Below, in pieces: positions 1 to 9,640 of a stretch of 32,000 nt of DNA. Position numbers and translations under genes: made by a program. Position 1 is the first letter of the stretch. Each line of letters begins with the position of its first letter. Below the pieces are notes generated by a model, which did no database searches, had not been told where the DNA came from, and saw nothing but the letters and a program-made list of their open reading frames with translations. Where the stretch lies: the NCBI GenBank assembly GCA_965227835.1, contig OZ245768.1:1290001-1322000 (forward strand), in the 5' to 3' direction. The stretch comes from Candidatus Saccharimonadota bacterium (GTDB lineage Bacteria; Patescibacteriota; Gracilibacteria; BD1-5; UBA6164).

Positions 1-43
1 AAAATTAAGTCAAAATATCAATTAATTATATACACTCAAATCT

Positions 44-106
44 CCCCAGTTTTTATGCTTTATAGTTTATTTTTTACCCTTATATAATTAAAAACTGGGG
101 TTTTAT
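44..106 (+). repeat. 11-bp perfect inverted repeat with a 35-nt spacer, followed by TTTTAT. Possibly a terminator of an off-window upstream gene, or a regulatory hairpin.
   Basis: CCCCAGTTTTT at 44-54 is the exact reverse complement of AAAAACTGGGG at 90-100. A T-run follows at 101-104. The loop is large for an intrinsic terminator. Confidence 0.3.
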
Positions 107-264
107 ATTGATTAAATTAGGTTAAATAAGTCACTTATAAAACACAAAAGATAGGAATATTTTCTATGAAAAGTAGATAGTTTTGATTTCATATATTTGC
201 TTTTTTACACACATATATGTTAAAATTAAATTTAGTTAGATTTTTAATTTATAATTTTTTATAT

Positions 265-3200
265 ATGTCAGAAAATTTGTGATATAGAGAATCAAGAAAA
301 ACTCAAAAAAACAAGGATTTTATACAATCATTAGAAAAAAGCTTAGAAGATTCAAATATAGATACTAGAGAAGCTAAAGAGCTGAGAGAAAAATATGAAG
401 AAATAAGAGAGGCTAGAAATCAAATATTAGCAATAACAAAGGATGAACTGAAATCTCTTGCTAGATGATTAAACATTGATGAAAACTCTAGTTTGGGAAA
501 AACTTTAAATAAGCTTATAGAAAAATCCCAAGATCAGGGTGAGGTAATTAGCAGTCCATCAGCAAGCACTGATGCAGGAATTGCTACCCCTGCACAGGAT
601 ATTACTAATACAGAAAGTATAGAAGATGGGAAAGCGTCTGAACTAGCAAAATGAATAGATTGAGTAGAGTATGACACAGACACAAATAATTATATTTACA
701 AATGAGAAAGAATAAGCAGAGATGATATTGAGAATAAAGATGATCTTATAAACTGGGTAGAAGAAATTGAAGATAAGATAGCCTTAGATTTAGCAAACTG
801 AATAAACTGAGTGGAATATGATGAAAATGGAAATCAATATAAATATAAATTAGAAGAAATAAACAGAGGTGAAATTGAAAATGAAAATGATTTAGAAGCT
901 TGGATAGACAACATAGAAGACAAAATAGCATTGGAACTAGCAAAATGAATAGATTGAGTGGAGTATAACAGAGATTCAAATATTTATACTTACAAATGAG
1001 AAGAAATAAACAGAGATGAAATTCAAGGTGAAGATGAGCTAAAAGCTTGGATTGAAGAGATGGATAAGAAAATAAGAGAATGATTAATAGCAGATTTTTG
1101 AATTGATGAAAACATATCAGAAATAGACAGTTTGGATAAAAGTTTTGCTGAATATGGTTTAGAGGGAGGGATTTTTAATCTTTTAGAAAAATATAATAGC
1201 TATATAGAAGATAAACTATCTTGATTAAAACCTGAAATTTTAGAAAAAATAAAACAATCTATATGAATAAGAATTCTAAATCTTAGGGAATCTATAAATG
1301 AAATGGAAGAAAGAATAGATAGCCTATGAGAACAAGATCAAAAGAGAAACTATCGTTGGATACTAAATTCTAAAATTCAAGAACATTTTTCTGAAATAAA
1401 CAACAAAATACTTCCAAGCGCATTATTATTACTTCAACATACAAATTGAAATATAGATTATGATAAAATAGATTTGAAAAGACCTGTATATTCTAGTCCT
1501 AAAGGACCCTGAGATTTGGGTGGGCAGACTATTTTGAGATATGAAGAATTGAGCACAAAGAAAAAAGAAGAAAAAATAAAATACAAGATAGCACAAATAG
1601 AAGAAATGTTTTCAGCTAGTTTAGATTATAATTGAGAGTTTGATGAATTTTGAATAGAAACATTTAATCAGTCAGGTACTTTGGAAATAGATGAAGAAGA
1701 AGATTTGGCTATTTTTAAAGGTATATGATGAGATAGGGATTCTTTGGCAGATATTGATTTTTTAAATGAAGCGGACAAAGAAATTGAAACTGAGGCTACT
1801 ATCGCATATTTTTCATATGTACTTATTTGTTTGGTTCCCTATATATGAGCTGCTGCAGCTGTTCCTAGTGATTTAGTAGATTTATTCTCAAATGAAGAAT
1901 GAGTATCAAAAATTTTAAGAGAGATGTGAGCTATAAATGAGGATTACAGAATGGAGAAATCTCTAATTGATAATATTTTATGATGAGTTTGATTACTATT
2001 AACGGTTATATGATTGCAATGAATTGCTAGATGAAAAAAACTTGTTAAAGCTTGAAGCAAATTAGATAAAATTTGAGCATGAAGAATAGAAGATTGATTG
2101 ATACAAATGTGAGAAAAAATGTGACTGTCTCAAGAAAAATTGAATAAAGTGTTATCATTTTTTAGAAAAGAAAATATGAGTACGGCAGTTATTTCAAATT
2201 GAGAAGATTTAAGAGTATTTTCTAAATTTGAGAGTTTAGATGAGCTTTGAAAGAAAGATTTTTTATCTAAGAGGCTGGAAGAATTGGAAAAAAATAGATC
2301 TAACCTAAATCCGGAAGAACTAGAGGAAGTAAATATGATACAAAAAATATTAGATGAGGGTAATCTATGAACTGATTCAAAACTACTTAATGAATATATA
2401 CAAAAGTATGTAATTCCTAAAGTTAAATTAGAAAACTTAGCTAGACTTAATAATCTATATCCTAAATGAACTAAAATTCAATTTAAACGCAATGAAAGTA
2501 GATGAAGGAATAATGGTGTAGAAGTAACCTATACTGGAGAAGTTAAGGAAATTAATCAAGATTGAAAATTAGTAGTATGGTGAGAAGTTCCTACTAGACC
2601 CTGAAAAAAAACAAGGTTTTTACTAAATCCTAATGATTGAAGTATAAGAATAATGGAGGATTCACTTGATATTGGAAAAATAGATGAGTGAGTTGCTATC
2701 ATGGAAAAGTTAATGCAAAAATTTCCCTCTTGAAGCAAAGTTGAATTTACTAATCAATCATGAAAAATCCTAAGAGGTGAAATTGTATGACACAATATTA
2801 ACTGACATGTAAAAATATGGGTAAAAGACTGAAGCTCTATTTCACAATATAATTCAAAAGGAGAGGATCTTAATAGTATAAAAATAATAGAAAGAATACC
2901 TTACAAAAAAGATTTTAATGTATGAGATAGAGTTACTATAGAAACATTATATGGAGAATGAGAAAGAAGTATAATTCGTTCTTGAGAAGTTTTAGAAATA
3001 TTTCCTGATTGAAAAGTATTAATTAGAAGAGAATCATCTAGTAATCAGCAATGAGCAAAAATACAGATAGATTTAAATGACCCAAATACGAGAATATCTA
3101 AAATAAGACAGTTTGAAGAAATTGAATATCCTAAGTTACTGGATAGGCTTAAAAATAATATCTTGCAAATAACAGATATTAATTTGAGGAATAAAATAAA

Positions 3201-4632
3201 GGTGCTAATAATTACACCTTTTGAAAAATTGAAAGATCTCAAAGATTTTAGCTCAAAAACTGTAAATCAACTATTAGAAAATGTTTATAAAGTAGAGAAA
3301 TTACTGTTAAATAATTGATCAGATCAAACAAATAATTTATTAAATTCTCTTATTTCTATTAAATCATTTATAAAATGAATTTTAGATAAAAATTCAAAAA
3401 TAATGTGAGTAAAACCGGAAATGATAGAGAAACTTAAAGTCCTAAAAGTTTGAGATGCTATAGAGGTATGATGACAAAAAAACATAATATCCAATATAGA
3501 TTGAAACACAATTGAACTTAGGGTTATTTTACCTGATGACACTATTCTTAAAGATAAAATTAATTTAGATGATTTGGGGAATAACCTTGAATATAGATGG
3601 TTGAATAATGCTAATATTACAAAATCTAGTGATGAAGAAAGGCTATTTAACTCGATATCTGCAGTAGATTCTTTTGAAGAATTATTTAGTACGATAAGAG
3701 CCAATTGAAAAATATGAAAATATAGTCCTAGCCGTATAATTTCTATTATTAAAAAATATGAAAACTGAGAAATAACTGAAATAAATAGAATAACTAGACA
3801 ATGATGACTTAGAGATAAGGTTGCTAGACTAAAAAACTATGATTTTATTAGAGATGATGATACTTTAGCTAAATTATGGCCTCGCGGATTAGATAGTATT
3901 ACTAAACAATGAGCTGTTTGAAATTGTTATTTTGTAGCATCCCTAAATGCTCTTAAAAATCATCCTAGAGGATGAGAAATGCTAAAAAATATGATAAAAG
4001 AAACAAAAGACTGATGGATAGTAAAATTTGCATGACATAATGAAACAATAAAAATAACTAAAAGTTCTTTGGATGAAATGGCTGAAGCAAGACAGTCTAG
4101 TGATAATATATGAGATATAATAATTGAAAGAGCTCATGCTAGAGTTGTAAATAAACAAAGATGATGAAACTCATGAGAAACCATGATGGTTAGAAGGAAT
4201 GGTGATTTAATTCATTCGTGAGGTCAAATGAAGGATACTATAAGATTGTTTTTTTGAAATAGATCTGAAAATACACTATATTATTATAGCGAAGGTAGAA
4301 TTGTGAAATCAAAAGATTTTGAAAGAAGTGAATATATGGCAAGTAAATCCTTAAGAACAATTTTAAGTCGTAATTTGGATGTTGATAATCTAATCACTAT
4401 ATCATCTAAATTTGAAAAATGAAAAACAGATAAATATAGTTATCCTTGAACAGATTTTTATTGAAGAGAAATAAAGATTGTTTACGGGCATGCATATAGT
4501 GTAAGTAATTTTAGTTATAAAGAATGATGGTTTTCCGTAGTTAATCCTCATGATTCTTGAACTGAAATTAGGTTAAAAATAGATGATTTTGATAAATATT
4601 TTAGTGGTATAACTGTATCAAAGTTTAGATAA
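265..4632 (+). CDS. Giant 1455-aa protein. It has an N-terminal charged coiled-coil-like region with 3x49-aa repeats, two central hydrophobic helices, and a C-terminal calpain-like (peptidase C2 / papain-fold) cysteine protease domain.
   Basis: I translated every codon by hand. The frame has no TAA or TAG from 265 to the TAA at 4630 and contains 84 in-frame TGA. C-terminal motifs are QGAVGNCYFVASLNAL (Cys codon 3925-3927), YGHAYSV (His 4489-4491) and VVNPHDSG (Asn 4543-4545), matching the calpain Cys/His/Asn triad context. Hydrophobic segments are IAYFSYVLICLVPYIGAAAAV (about 1801-1863) and LIDNILGGVGLLLTVIGLQGIA (about 1963-2028). An alternative in-frame ATG lies at 217. No Shine-Dalgarno. 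Confidence 0.85.
643..1083 (+). repeat. Three tandem in-frame 147-bp (49-aa) coding repeats inside the giant ORF.
   Basis: Units start at 643, 790 and 937. The unit consensus is LAKGIDGVEY-x-Y-YK-EEI-R-EIE-EDDL-AWIEEIEDKIAL. The copies have diverged at both nucleotide and protein level. Confidence 0.85.
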
Positions 4633-4653
4633 ATTATATTTGTTATAAAAATA

Positions 4654-5526
4654 CTACCCCAACTCTCAAACCAACCTACACCAATAATCTATATCCAAAT
4701 CTTCAGCTCTAGAATTTAAATCTATTCATATATTTTCAAATACCCCAATTAAAAAACTTTTCTCATAACCTCAATTTTCCAAATTTTTAATAAGTTTTTT
4801 ACGAGAAGAAGAAAATCAGATTTTTACAACTCTTAAAAAAAACTCATCAGATAAGCTATTATACTTATCATGAGTTTTAAAAACTATGACACTTGATTCT
4901 ACTTTTGGTTTTGGTATGAAATTATCAGGGGAAACTTTTATTTTTTCCTCGGCATAAGCTTTTTTAGCAACCATCAAAGACAAAACAGAACTTTTGATTT
5001 TTCTATCACTTGATTCTGTTTTTTTTTCGAAAGAATACGAATACTTTTGGCATAATATCCTATCTCATACATCTTTTTGCATAAGTATAACCATATACTC
5101 AGGGCATTTTTTTAAATCATACAAAAAATGTCTTATTATAGGACTTGTAATATAATATGGGATATTTGATATTACTGAATATTTATATATATAACTTAAA
5201 TTTGATTCTCCCAGATTGTATTTTAACACATCCTCATTTTTTATTTCAAAACAAACCCCCTCAGTATCTAACTCTTTTAATCTTACTCTCTCATCCAAAA
5301 TAGAAACCATATTTTTATCAACCTCAACCAAATTTAAACTCAAAGGTTTTTTATAAAGTATCTTTTCCGTCAAACTTCAATAACCAGGTCAAACCTCAAC
5401 TATATTTTCATCTCTTATATTAATCAGTTCACATATATCCTCAAGTATTTTATCGTTAATCAAAAAATTTTGCCCCAAACTTTTTTTTGCTTTTATTCTG
5501 TATTTTTTAATCAAATCTAGGCTCAT
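4654..5526 (-). CDS. rsmA: 16S rRNA (adenine1518/1519-N6)-dimethyltransferase RsmA/KsgA, 290 aa.
   Basis: Motifs seen: GQNFLIND, EVGPGYGSLT (both Gly at 5377-5379 and 5389-5391 are TGA), SNIPYYITSPII, and a C-terminal GIDLNSRAEDL. The frame is scanned clear of TAA/TAG from 4657 to 5064 and from 5374 to 5523, and the segment between is the supplied 5065..5373 ORF. It ends at TAG 4654-4656. Confidence 0.9.
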
Positions 5527-5531
5527 ATCTC

Positions 5532-6671
5532 TTAATCTACATAAATATATCAAACAATTCTCCTATCCTTTAAATCTATTTTTCTGTAAGTAACTTCATT
5601 TAGTTTTTTATAATTCATATCAGATACTATCATATAGTTATCTTTTACCTCCATAACTATAGCTACATGACCATATCTAAGATTATATCATCTACCAGCA
5701 AGAGAAACTATTGCTCATAGTTCTGGTTTAAAACCTCTACCATAAACTACCTTATGTCATTTTGCAGCAGCATTTCTCATCCATTGATTAGCATTTCCCC
5801 TCCAATTAACATTTTTATAAGAAGCAACATAATAGGTACAATTTCCCCATACTCCTGAAAATGGTTTTCTCCATACCAGTTTGTATACTCCTTTAGAATT
5901 TGTATATTGGTTACCTATATATTGTTTATTTTGGTCAACTTTACTATATCTTTTGTTTACAGGAGCTTTATATACTGGTTTTTTTATTATAATTTTTTTA
6001 GCTCCTGGTAGGAAGATTTCTTCTCATATTTTTAATTTTCTTTGCTCATCAAAATCATTGAATTCAAGTATACTATTCTTATCTATTTTATACTTATTTG
6101 CTATGGCTAATAGAGAATCTCATGACTTTATTTTATAAGGAATACCTGAAACAGGAGGGATTTTCAATTGTTTTCAAGGGTTTATTGTATCTGTTTTTAA
6201 ATCATTGTATATCCTTATAGTATCCCAAGAAATACCAAACTTAGATGCTATCTCTGATATTGTATCTCATTCTTCTACCTTATATGTTAAAATTTCATTG
6301 GTTCATTTATAATCCCTGTCTTCGCTTAAAATACCTGTGTCCATTAAAAACTCATCTTGAGTTTCTATAAAGCTATCTCAAGAAGATATTTCTTCTTCTC
6401 TTAAATAATAGGAGCTATAAGTTCAAAGTATTGAGTCTTCATCTATATATCATCTGTAAAAATCAATCTCATTATTGTTATGAATAATTGATGCAAACAT
6501 AGGGTAAAGAGGGATTGATATGAGTAGACAAAGTATAATTATTCTATGAATTAAATTATTCCTCTTAAAAACACTAAAAATTCTGTTTTTTAGTGTTATA
6601 TTTTCTTTTATAGATCTAGAATGTCTATCTATCCTAGCTCTTATATTCACTTTATGTTGATTTTTTCCCAA
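5532..6671 (-). CDS. Membrane-anchored peptidoglycan hydrolase, 379 aa, with an N-terminal TM anchor, two LysM domains and a C-terminal CHAP/NlpC-P60-type amidase-peptidase domain.
   Basis: The TM segment is LIHRIIILCLLISIPLYPMFASII. LysM-like segments are YKVEEGDTISEIASKFGISWDTIRIYN and YKIKSGDSLLAIANKYKIDKNSILEFN. CHAP-like motifs are GNCTYYVASYKNVNWRGNANQW and RYGHVAIV. The start is TTG at 6669-6671, the only start-type codon after the upstream in-frame stop at 6681-6683. I scanned the frame by hand down to the TAA at 5532-5534. Confidence 0.75.
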
Positions 6672-6794
6672 AAAATATTTTTAGTACTAAATATCTCTTC
6701 AAAAGAGTGCAGAAAAATTCTATATTTTCTTTAAAAGAATAAATTTATTAGCAAAAAACGATTATTCTTTTTTATGAATTTTCCAAAGTTTCTT

Positions 6795-7112
6795 TTACTT
6801 AATATCAGTAATTTCTATCTTTGTAAGAGAAGGTCTGAATCCTTTATTTCTAGCATATCTTTTTTTGGCTTTCATTTTAAATACCCTAAGTTTTTCTCAT
6901 TTATAATCTTTTTCTAATATTTTGAAAGATACTTGAGAATCTTCAACTATAGGTGTTCCAATTTTTGTTTCCTCTTTTTCTTGATCATGTACAAGTAATG
7001 CTTGTGTACTACCAGTTTTTTTGTTGTCTGTTAAATTTAGTTTCTTTACTTCAATTACATCTCATTTTTTGATGATAAATTGATTTCAACCTAATTCTAT
7101 TACTGCTAACAT
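6795..7112 (-). CDS. rplU: 50S ribosomal protein L21, 105 aa.
   Basis: The protein starts MLAVIELGGNQFIIKKGDVIEV (a typical L21 N-terminus, with TGA at the conserved GG) and ends ...FKMKAKKRYARNKGFRPSLTKIEI. No rpmA follows. Confidence 0.85.
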
Positions 7113-7192
7113 AAAAAATAATTAATAAATTAAGGGGCTAAAAAGCCACATCTAAAAGAAAATCTTTTCAGCTTATCTTTAATTGGAAAATA

Positions 7193-7267
7193 TGGCTGGG
7201 ATGGAGGGATTCGAACCCCCGAATAACGGAGTCAAAGTCCGCTGCCTTACCACTTGGCCACATCCCA
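7193..7267 (-). tRNA. tRNA-Gln (anticodon UUG), CCA encoded.
   Basis: The reverse complement folds as acceptor TGGGATG/CATCCCA, anticodon stem GCGGA/TCCGT, loop CTTTGAC, T-arm GGGGG-TTCGAAT-CCCTC, discriminator G, CCA. Confidence 0.85.
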
Positions 7268-7412
7268 ATGACTAAGCTAAAATTAAAACCACGTCATTTT
7301 ATAAAACTATAGCTAAAAGTCAAAAAATTTTTAACCCTAGTTTTTGGTCATAATAAATTTATTTATCCTTGGTTTTTACTTGAAATTAAGCCAAGTTTTA
7401 TTTTAAAAAAGT

Positions 7413-7439
7413 TTGACTTAACCCAAATTTAAATATAAT
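7413..7439 (+). promoter_or_regulatory. Putative sigma70-type promoter for the tRNA-Glu / tRNA-fMet / tRNA-CAT cluster.
   Basis: TTGACT at 7413-7418 and TATAAT at 7434-7439. The spacer is only 15 nt (16 if the -35 is read as TTTGAC). The -10 lies about 40 nt upstream of tRNA-Glu. Confidence 0.4.
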
Positions 7440-7478
7440 GCACCAGCTATTTAAAAGTAGTATCCTTTGAGGTATTAT

Positions 7479-7553
7479 GCGGCTATCGTCTAGTGGTTAG
7501 GACATCGGGTTTTCATCCCGGTAACCGGGGTTCGATTCCCCGTAGCCGTACCA
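7479..7553 (+). tRNA. tRNA-Glu (anticodon UUC), CCA encoded.
   Basis: Acceptor GCGGCTA/TAGCCGT (G1-U72 wobble), D-arm GTCTAGTGGTTAGGAC, anticodon arm TCGGG-TTTTCAT-CCCGG, T-arm CGGGG-TTCGATT-CCCCG. Confidence 0.85.
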
Positions 7554-7565
7554 ATTTTATTTCTC

Positions 7566-7640
7566 CGCGGAGTGGAGAAGTGGTATCTCGTCGGGCTCAT
7601 AACCCGAAGATCATAGGTTCAATTCCTATCTCCGCAACCA
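7566..7640 (+). tRNA. Initiator tRNA-fMet (anticodon CAU), CCA encoded.
   Basis: It begins CGCGGAG and ends CTCCGCA-A-CCA, which gives the initiator-specific C1-A72 mismatch. The anticodon arm TCGGG-CTCATAA-CCCGA carries the three consecutive G-C pairs typical of initiators. The anticodon arm is identical to that of E. coli tRNA-fMet and much of the rest is similar, as I recall that sequence. Confidence 0.9.
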
Positions 7641-7714
7641 TTAATTTATTAAATAAGTGGTAAGTAACAAGTAGCTTTAATGTAAGCATAAAGCCTTGTT
7701 TCTTACTACTTTTT

Positions 7715-7791
7715 GTCAGTATAGCTCAGTTGGTTAGAGCGCAGGATTCATATCCCTGAGGTCGGTGGTTCAACTCCACCTACTGACACCA
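7715..7791 (+). tRNA. tRNA with anticodon CAU, either elongator tRNA-Met or lysidine-modified tRNA-Ile2. The two cannot be told apart by eye.
   Basis: Acceptor GTCAGTA/TACTGAC, D-arm GCTC-AGTTGGTTA-GAGC, anticodon arm CAGGA-TTCATAT-CCCTG (A31-C39 mismatch, U32 and U38), variable loop AGGTC, T-arm GGTGG-TTCAACT-CCACC, then ACCA. Confidence 0.8.
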
Positions 7792-7954
7792 TAACTAAAA
7801 TTCTATTTCAACCCTTATCATAAACAAAAACCAAATTTTTAGGAAAATTTGGAAAATGCCTTCTTTAGCAAAAAAGATTATATTTTAAAACAGAATATAA
7901 ATTCTTAAAAAAACTCCTTTATTAATAAAGTAAAAAATCAAAAAAATCAGCAAA

Positions 7955-8509
7955 ATGAAAATTCTTATTATCAACAACAAACTTGATAGTCTCCCTCATT
8001 TTAGAAAATATTTGAAAGGATATGATTTTGATATTATCAATTTTCATAATATAAAAAGGGATGATTATAAGAAATATGACTATATAATACTTTCTTGAGG
8101 TAAAAAATATGAAGTAAACGATAATCCTTGAAAGTATTTGGAAGAGTTAGAATTAATAAAAGAGTGTAATAAGCCTATTTTATGAATATGTCTCGGTCAT
8201 CAACTTATAGCTTATGCTTTTTGAGAAAAATTATCCTCTCTTGATAAATATTATAAATGAATTACAGAAATTAGTGTTTTAAAGCAAGAAAAAATATTTG
8301 AATCAATGAATAAAAAATTTGAAGCAAATATTGATCACAGACGGGTAGTTTCAAGCTGTAAAAAATTTTATGTGATTTGAATTTCGGGTCAATGAATAGA
8401 AGCTATTAAACACAAAAACAGAAATCTATACTGAATACAGTTTCATCCTGAAATCGTTAATTCTAAAGCAAATTCATCTAAGATAATAGAAAATTTTTTG
8501 AAGATATAA
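7955..8509 (+). CDS. Class I glutamine amidotransferase-like protein, 184 aa.
   Basis: Hand translation shows the nucleophile elbow PILGICLGHQLIA (the first G is TGA) and the C-terminal GIQFHPE His/Glu motif. The frame contains 10 in-frame TGA and ends at TAA 8507-8509. Confidence 0.75.
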
Positions 8510-8565
8510 ACATTATAATTTAGAGTTAGATATACAATATCTAGAATTTTTAATCTAAAAATTAA

Positions 8566-8605
8566 AAGGAGAGTTGATTTTTAAATCAACTCTCCTTCTT
8601 TGTTT
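8566..8605. terminator. Bidirectional intrinsic terminator shared by the convergent amidotransferase gene and the 235-aa gene.
   Basis: A 12-bp perfect stem, AAGGAGAGTTGA (8566-8577) with TCAACTCTCCTT (8586-8597), and an 8-nt loop. CTTTGTTT follows on the + strand, and TTTAATTTTT follows on the - strand. Confidence 0.7.
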
Positions 8606-8729
8606 GGCAGTAATTAAATTAAAGGTATCTTGTTTGGAATGAATTTACCTTTATAGTTACTCCCATTTTTAGCTCTAGTAATTCCAAAAAATTTTTTAAA
8701 TTCAAATAAGGAATTATTTTTGAAAATAG

Positions 8730-9437
8730 CTATTCTTTAGAATCAGAAGTATTTTTTCCATCACCATTTTTATTTTCTACTCCCGATTCAGATGAGGAGG
8801 TAGTAGAAATATCATCTGAAGATTTTCTATTATTTCCCTCAAAACCTCTAATAATTTCTGCAAGTCTGGGTTCTTTCATAGCATATTCAAGTATTTTCCC
8901 AAAAGTTGAAACAACCTCAATAAGTTCACTCCCCCAGTCTTGTTCTGAAGACCTATTTTGGTCATCATTACTAGATTTGGATTTCTTAGACTTTCTATTT
9001 TGTTCTTTAACTCTTCTACGGATTTCTTCCTCCACACTATTGAAATTAAAATTTTCAGGTTTTGGAGTTTCTTTTTGATCAACTGAACTTTCTTTCTCAG
9101 GATTTTCAGAATCTTGATCATTTTCAGCCTTAGCTTTTTTATCCTTAAGATAGAGCTCATAAGCCTCTCTGATTTTTTTATCCAGTTCCTTAGCCTCTTT
9201 AGTTTTAAGAAATTCAACGAAATCCTTTAGGGATATTTCTTCGTTTTGTTTTCCTGTTTTATCAGCTTTAAAACCTTCAAAATCCTTAAATATAGATAAT
9301 GTATCTTTGAAAGATTCAGACAAGAATTTTCCAAAGTCTGAACCAAGTTCTCCAACTTTTTTACCAGTTTCTGTATTTTCAACAGCTTTTGAAACAAACT
9401 CTGCAAGATATACAAGAGCAACCAATTTAACAATCAT
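8730..9437 (-). CDS. Hypothetical highly charged, low-complexity protein, 235 aa, with no TGA codon.
   Basis: It is a complete ATG to TAG ORF even under the standard code. All 13 Gly are GGN. A GGAG Shine-Dalgarno lies 7 nt upstream of the ATG (reverse complement of CTCC at 9445-9448). I recognise no family. Confidence 0.75.
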   Translation of the reverse strand: MIVKLVALVYLAEFVSKAVENTETGKKVGELGSDFGKFLSESFKDTLSIFKDFEGFKADKTGKQNEEISLKDFVEFLKTKEAKELDKKIREAYELYLKDKKAKAENDQDSENPEKESSVDQKETPKPENFNFNSVEEEIRRRVKEQNRKSKKSKSSNDDQNRSSEQDWGSELIEVVSTFGKILEYAMKEPRLAEIIRGFEGNNRKSSDDISTTSSSESGVENKNGDGKNTSDSKE

Positions 9438-9526
9438 AACTATACTCCTTTTTGATGATGTTACACAATTACCAAAATCTCTTTAAAAATATGCCTTTAG
9501 GCAGAAAATAGAAATTTTGTAAACCT

Positions 9527-9554
9527 ATATTAAATTTAAAAATTTATTTGTCAA
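9527..9554 (-). promoter_or_regulatory. Near-consensus sigma70 promoter for the 235-aa gene.
   Basis: On the minus strand: TTGACA (9549-9554), a 16-nt spacer, then TAATAT (9527-9532). Confidence 0.6.
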
Positions 9555-9565
9555 AAAAAAAACAT

Positions 9566-9593
9566 TTGACAAATAAAGAAATAAACATATAAT
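9566..9593 (+). promoter_or_regulatory. Consensus sigma70 promoter for the 68-aa ORF.
   Basis: TTGACA (9566-9571), a 16-nt spacer, then TATAAT (9588-9593). The two -35 regions form a perfect 10-bp inverted repeat, ATTTGTCAAA at 9546-9555 and TTTGACAAAT at 9565-9574. Confidence 0.65.
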
Positions 9594-9640
9594 AACTTTT
9601 GTTCTAGATTTTTTTTCAACATAAACAAAAGGAGTATATT

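Noticed and set aside
643-1083. The 147-bp periodic repeats as a CRISPR array or a non-coding satellite.
   Set aside because: The units are contiguous with no spacers, they are in frame, and they translate to a conserved 49-aa module within a long ORF.
746-3704. Minus-strand track ORFs 746..979, 2556..2738, 3045..3242 and 3324..3704.
   Set aside because: They are antisense to the 1455-aa plus-strand ORF, which is uninterrupted by TAA/TAG for 4.4 kb.
5881-6138. Plus-strand track ORF 5881..6138.
   Set aside because: It is antisense to the LysM-CHAP gene.
6733-6771. The 10-bp inverted repeat AAAAGAATAA/TTATTCTTTT downstream of rplU as a terminator.
   Set aside because: The stem is almost entirely A-T pairs, the loop is 19 nt, and no distinct U-tract follows the stem. 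It cannot be told apart from chance in AT-rich DNA.
7715-7791. Whether the third plus-strand tRNA could be the TGA-decoding tRNA-Gly(UCA), since TCA occurs in its anticodon loop (TTCATAT).
   Set aside because: Placing TCA at positions 34-36 would require a pyrimidine at position 37 and would destroy the anticodon stem pairing. The only consistent fold gives anticodon CAT.
8876-9433. Minus-strand track ORFs 8876..9217 and 9227..9433.
   Set aside because: They are alternative frames of the 235-aa gene, kept open by its Lys/Glu-rich low-complexity sequence. The 8730..9437 frame has the Shine-Dalgarno, the ATG and a proper stop.
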